DNA of 64,000 nt from an uncultured Chlorobiaceae bacterium (GTDB taxonomy: Bacteria; Bacteroidota; Chlorobiia; Chlorobiales; Chlorobiaceae). Each line of letters begins with the position of its first letter. Positions within the stretch are counted from its first letter, which is position 1. Below, piece after piece: positions 62,414 through 64,000 of this stretch. The position numbers and the translations under genes are program-made. The stretch spans positions 56,444-120,443 of the forward strand of contig CAIPKT010000104.1 in assembly GCA_903865705.1 (NCBI GenBank). The letters run 5' to 3'. The notes beneath the pieces were generated by a model, which was not told the origin of the DNA, ran no database searches, and was given only the letters and a program-made list of their open reading frames with translations.

Positions 62414-64000
62414 ATGAGATCTGACACCATAAAAAAAGGGTTTGAAAAAGCGCCTCACCGCAGCCTCCTTAAAGCCACAGGCTCCATTGTTTCAAATAAT
62501 GACTTCAAAAAGCCATTTATCGGAATCTGTAACTCCTTTAACGAACTGATCCCAGGCCACTCCCACCTGCAGGAACTGGGCCGTATTGCAAAAGAGGAGG
62601 TTCGGAAGGCTGGAGGAGTTCCTTTTGAATTCAATACCATCGGGGTATGCGACGGTATTGCCATGGGTCATATCGGTATGCGCTACTCCCTTGCCAGCCG
62701 CGAACTGATTGCCGACAGTGTCGAAACCGTTGCAGAAGCCCACCGGCTCGACGGCCTGGTCTGTATTCCAAACTGCGACAAGATCACCCCCGGCATGATG
62801 ATGGCCGCACTGCGCATCAACATCCCGGTTATTTTTGTCTCCGGCGGTCCCATGAAAGCCGGCCACACTCCTTCAGGCCAAACCGTTGACCTGATTTCAG
62901 TCTTTGAGGCTGTCGGCCAGTTCAGCGCAGGCAAAATCAGCGATAGCGAACTGGAATCTATAGAAGAAAGCGCCTGCCCCGGATGCGGTTCGTGTTCCGG
63001 CATGTTCACCGCAAACTCAATGAACTGCCTCAGTGAAGCGCTTGGTTTCGCCCTGCCAGGCAACGGTACCATACTGGCCATAGACCCCCGACGTAACGAA
63101 CTGGTCAGAGAAGCTTCACGCCGGATTATTGATCTGGTGAAGAACGATATCAAACCAAGGGATATTCTCTCACGCAGTGCGCTCTTGAACGCTTTTGCCC
63201 TTGATTTCGCCATGGGAGGCAGCACCAATACCATACTTCATACGCTTGCCATTGCAAACGAAGCTGAACTTGACTTCGATTTTTCAGAATTGAACGCTCT
63301 TTCGGCCAGAACACCCTATATCTGCAAGGTCAGCCCTGCCACAATGGCTGTCCATATCGAGGATGTCGACCGGGCAGGCGGCGTATCGGCCATCCTGAAG
63401 GAGCTGAGCAAGGTTGAGGGCATCCTGGATCTCTCGGCCTTGACCGTAACGGGCAAAACACTGGGCGAAAATATTGCCGACGCGGAGGTTCTTGACCGCT
63501 CGGTCATCAGAAGTATTGAAGAGCCCTACTCCTTGACAGGCGGCCTTGCCGTTCTGTTCGGAAATCTGGCGCCACAGGGAGCGGTTGTCAAAACCGGCGC
63601 GGTGGCCCCCGAAATGATGATTCATACCGGGCCCGCAAAAATCTATGACTGCCAGGATGACGCCATCAAAGGCATCATGGGTGATGATGTCAAGGCTGGC
63701 GATGTGGTGGTGATTCGCTATGAAGGACCAAAAGGCGGTCCGGGAATGCCGGAAATGCTCTCCCCCACCAGCGCCATCATGGGTCGGGGTCTCGGTGAGT
63801 CAGTTGCGCTCATTACCGACGGGCGCTTCTCCGGAGGGTCAAGGGGAGCTTGTATTGGCCATATCTCTCCCGAAGCCGCAGAGCGTGGGCCTATTGCCGC
63901 ACTGAATAATGGCGATATGATCACCATCGATATTCCCGGCAGAAGCATTTCGGTAAACCTCACCGACAAGATTATCAATGAACGGCTGGCACTATTGAAG
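62414..64000 (+). CDS. ilvD: Dihydroxy-acid dehydratase, N-terminal 529 codons; the 3' end lies outside the window
   Basis: [23 protein letters not shown]..., [28 protein letters not shown] and [11 protein letters not shown]. The frame is open to the window edge, which is why it is absent from the ORF track. Confidence 0.97.
   Translation, partial: MRSDTIKKGFEKAPHRSLLKATGSIVSNNDFKKPFIGICNSFNELIPGHSHLQELGRIAKEEVRKAGGVPFEFNTIGVCDGIAMGHIGMRYSLASRELIADSVETVAEAHRLDGLVCIPNCDKITPGMMMAALRINIPVIFVSGGPMKAGHTPSGQTVDLISVFEAVGQFSAGKISDSELESIEESACPGCGSCSGMFTANSMNCLSEALGFALPGNGTILAIDPRRNELVREASRRIIDLVKNDIKPRDILSRSALLNAFALDFAMGGSTNTILHTLAIANEAELDFDFSELNALSARTPYICKVSPATMAVHIEDVDRAGGVSAILKELSKVEGILDLSALTVTGKTLGENIADAEVLDRSVIRSIEEPYSLTGGLAVLFGNLAPQGAVVKTGAVAPEMMIHTGPAKIYDCQDDAIKGIMGDDVKAGDVVVIRYEGPKGGPGMPEMLSPTSAIMGRGLGESVALITDGRFSGGSRGACIGHISPEAAERGPIAALNNGDMITIDIPGRSISVNLTDKIINERLALLK

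Overview
The gene content and order fit a chromosomal segment of a green sulfur bacterium (Chlorobiaceae-like). The taxon hints are recalled from memory, not searched: a tmRNA tag reading ADDYSYAMAA, a CrtH-type carotenoid isomerase and a possible CsmB/F-like small protein. Most of the window is housekeeping: secG, hisB, rny, zapA, pheT, metK-ahcY, trpF, rubrerythrin, a SulP permease, a DEAD-box helicase, a MetB/MetC-family enzyme behind a SAM-I riboswitch, bcp, mfd, ald, hsp20-dnaK, a complete tolQRA-tolB-pal-ybgF cluster and the 5' part of ilvD. There are six tRNAs, a tmRNA and a candidate 6S RNA. Three regions look accessory. (1) 1-4.4 kb is a compositionally mosaic block: a G+C-rich prepilin peptidase fragment, an A+T-rich pair of an STT3/AglB-like GT-C glycosyltransferase and a GT2-methyltransferase fusion, and an IS3 remnant. 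The block ends at the 3' end of tRNA-Lys. (2) 28.6-33.4 kb is a toxin-antitoxin-rich islet next to the 3' end of ssrA: a decayed hicBA, an intact hicBA, an orphan MNT, a relBE-type pair whose toxin carries a premature stop, and an autotransporter with an unusual small passenger domain. (3) 40.1-46.3 kb is a G+C-rich two-partner secretion locus whose 1486-aa TpsA carries about nine near-identical FG-GAP-like repeats. Other points of interest are a 52-bp tandem duplication covering the crtH start codon in the region shared with an ECF sigma/ZAS anti-sigma pair, a phytol-kinase-like/DUF92 (VTE5/VTE6-like) fusion protein, tandem pal paralogues and a sigma-54-like motif upstream of hsp20-dnaK. I saw no CRISPR array, rRNA, intact transposase or integrase, or recognisable canonical defence system. 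All homology statements come from motif recognition by eye and need database confirmation.
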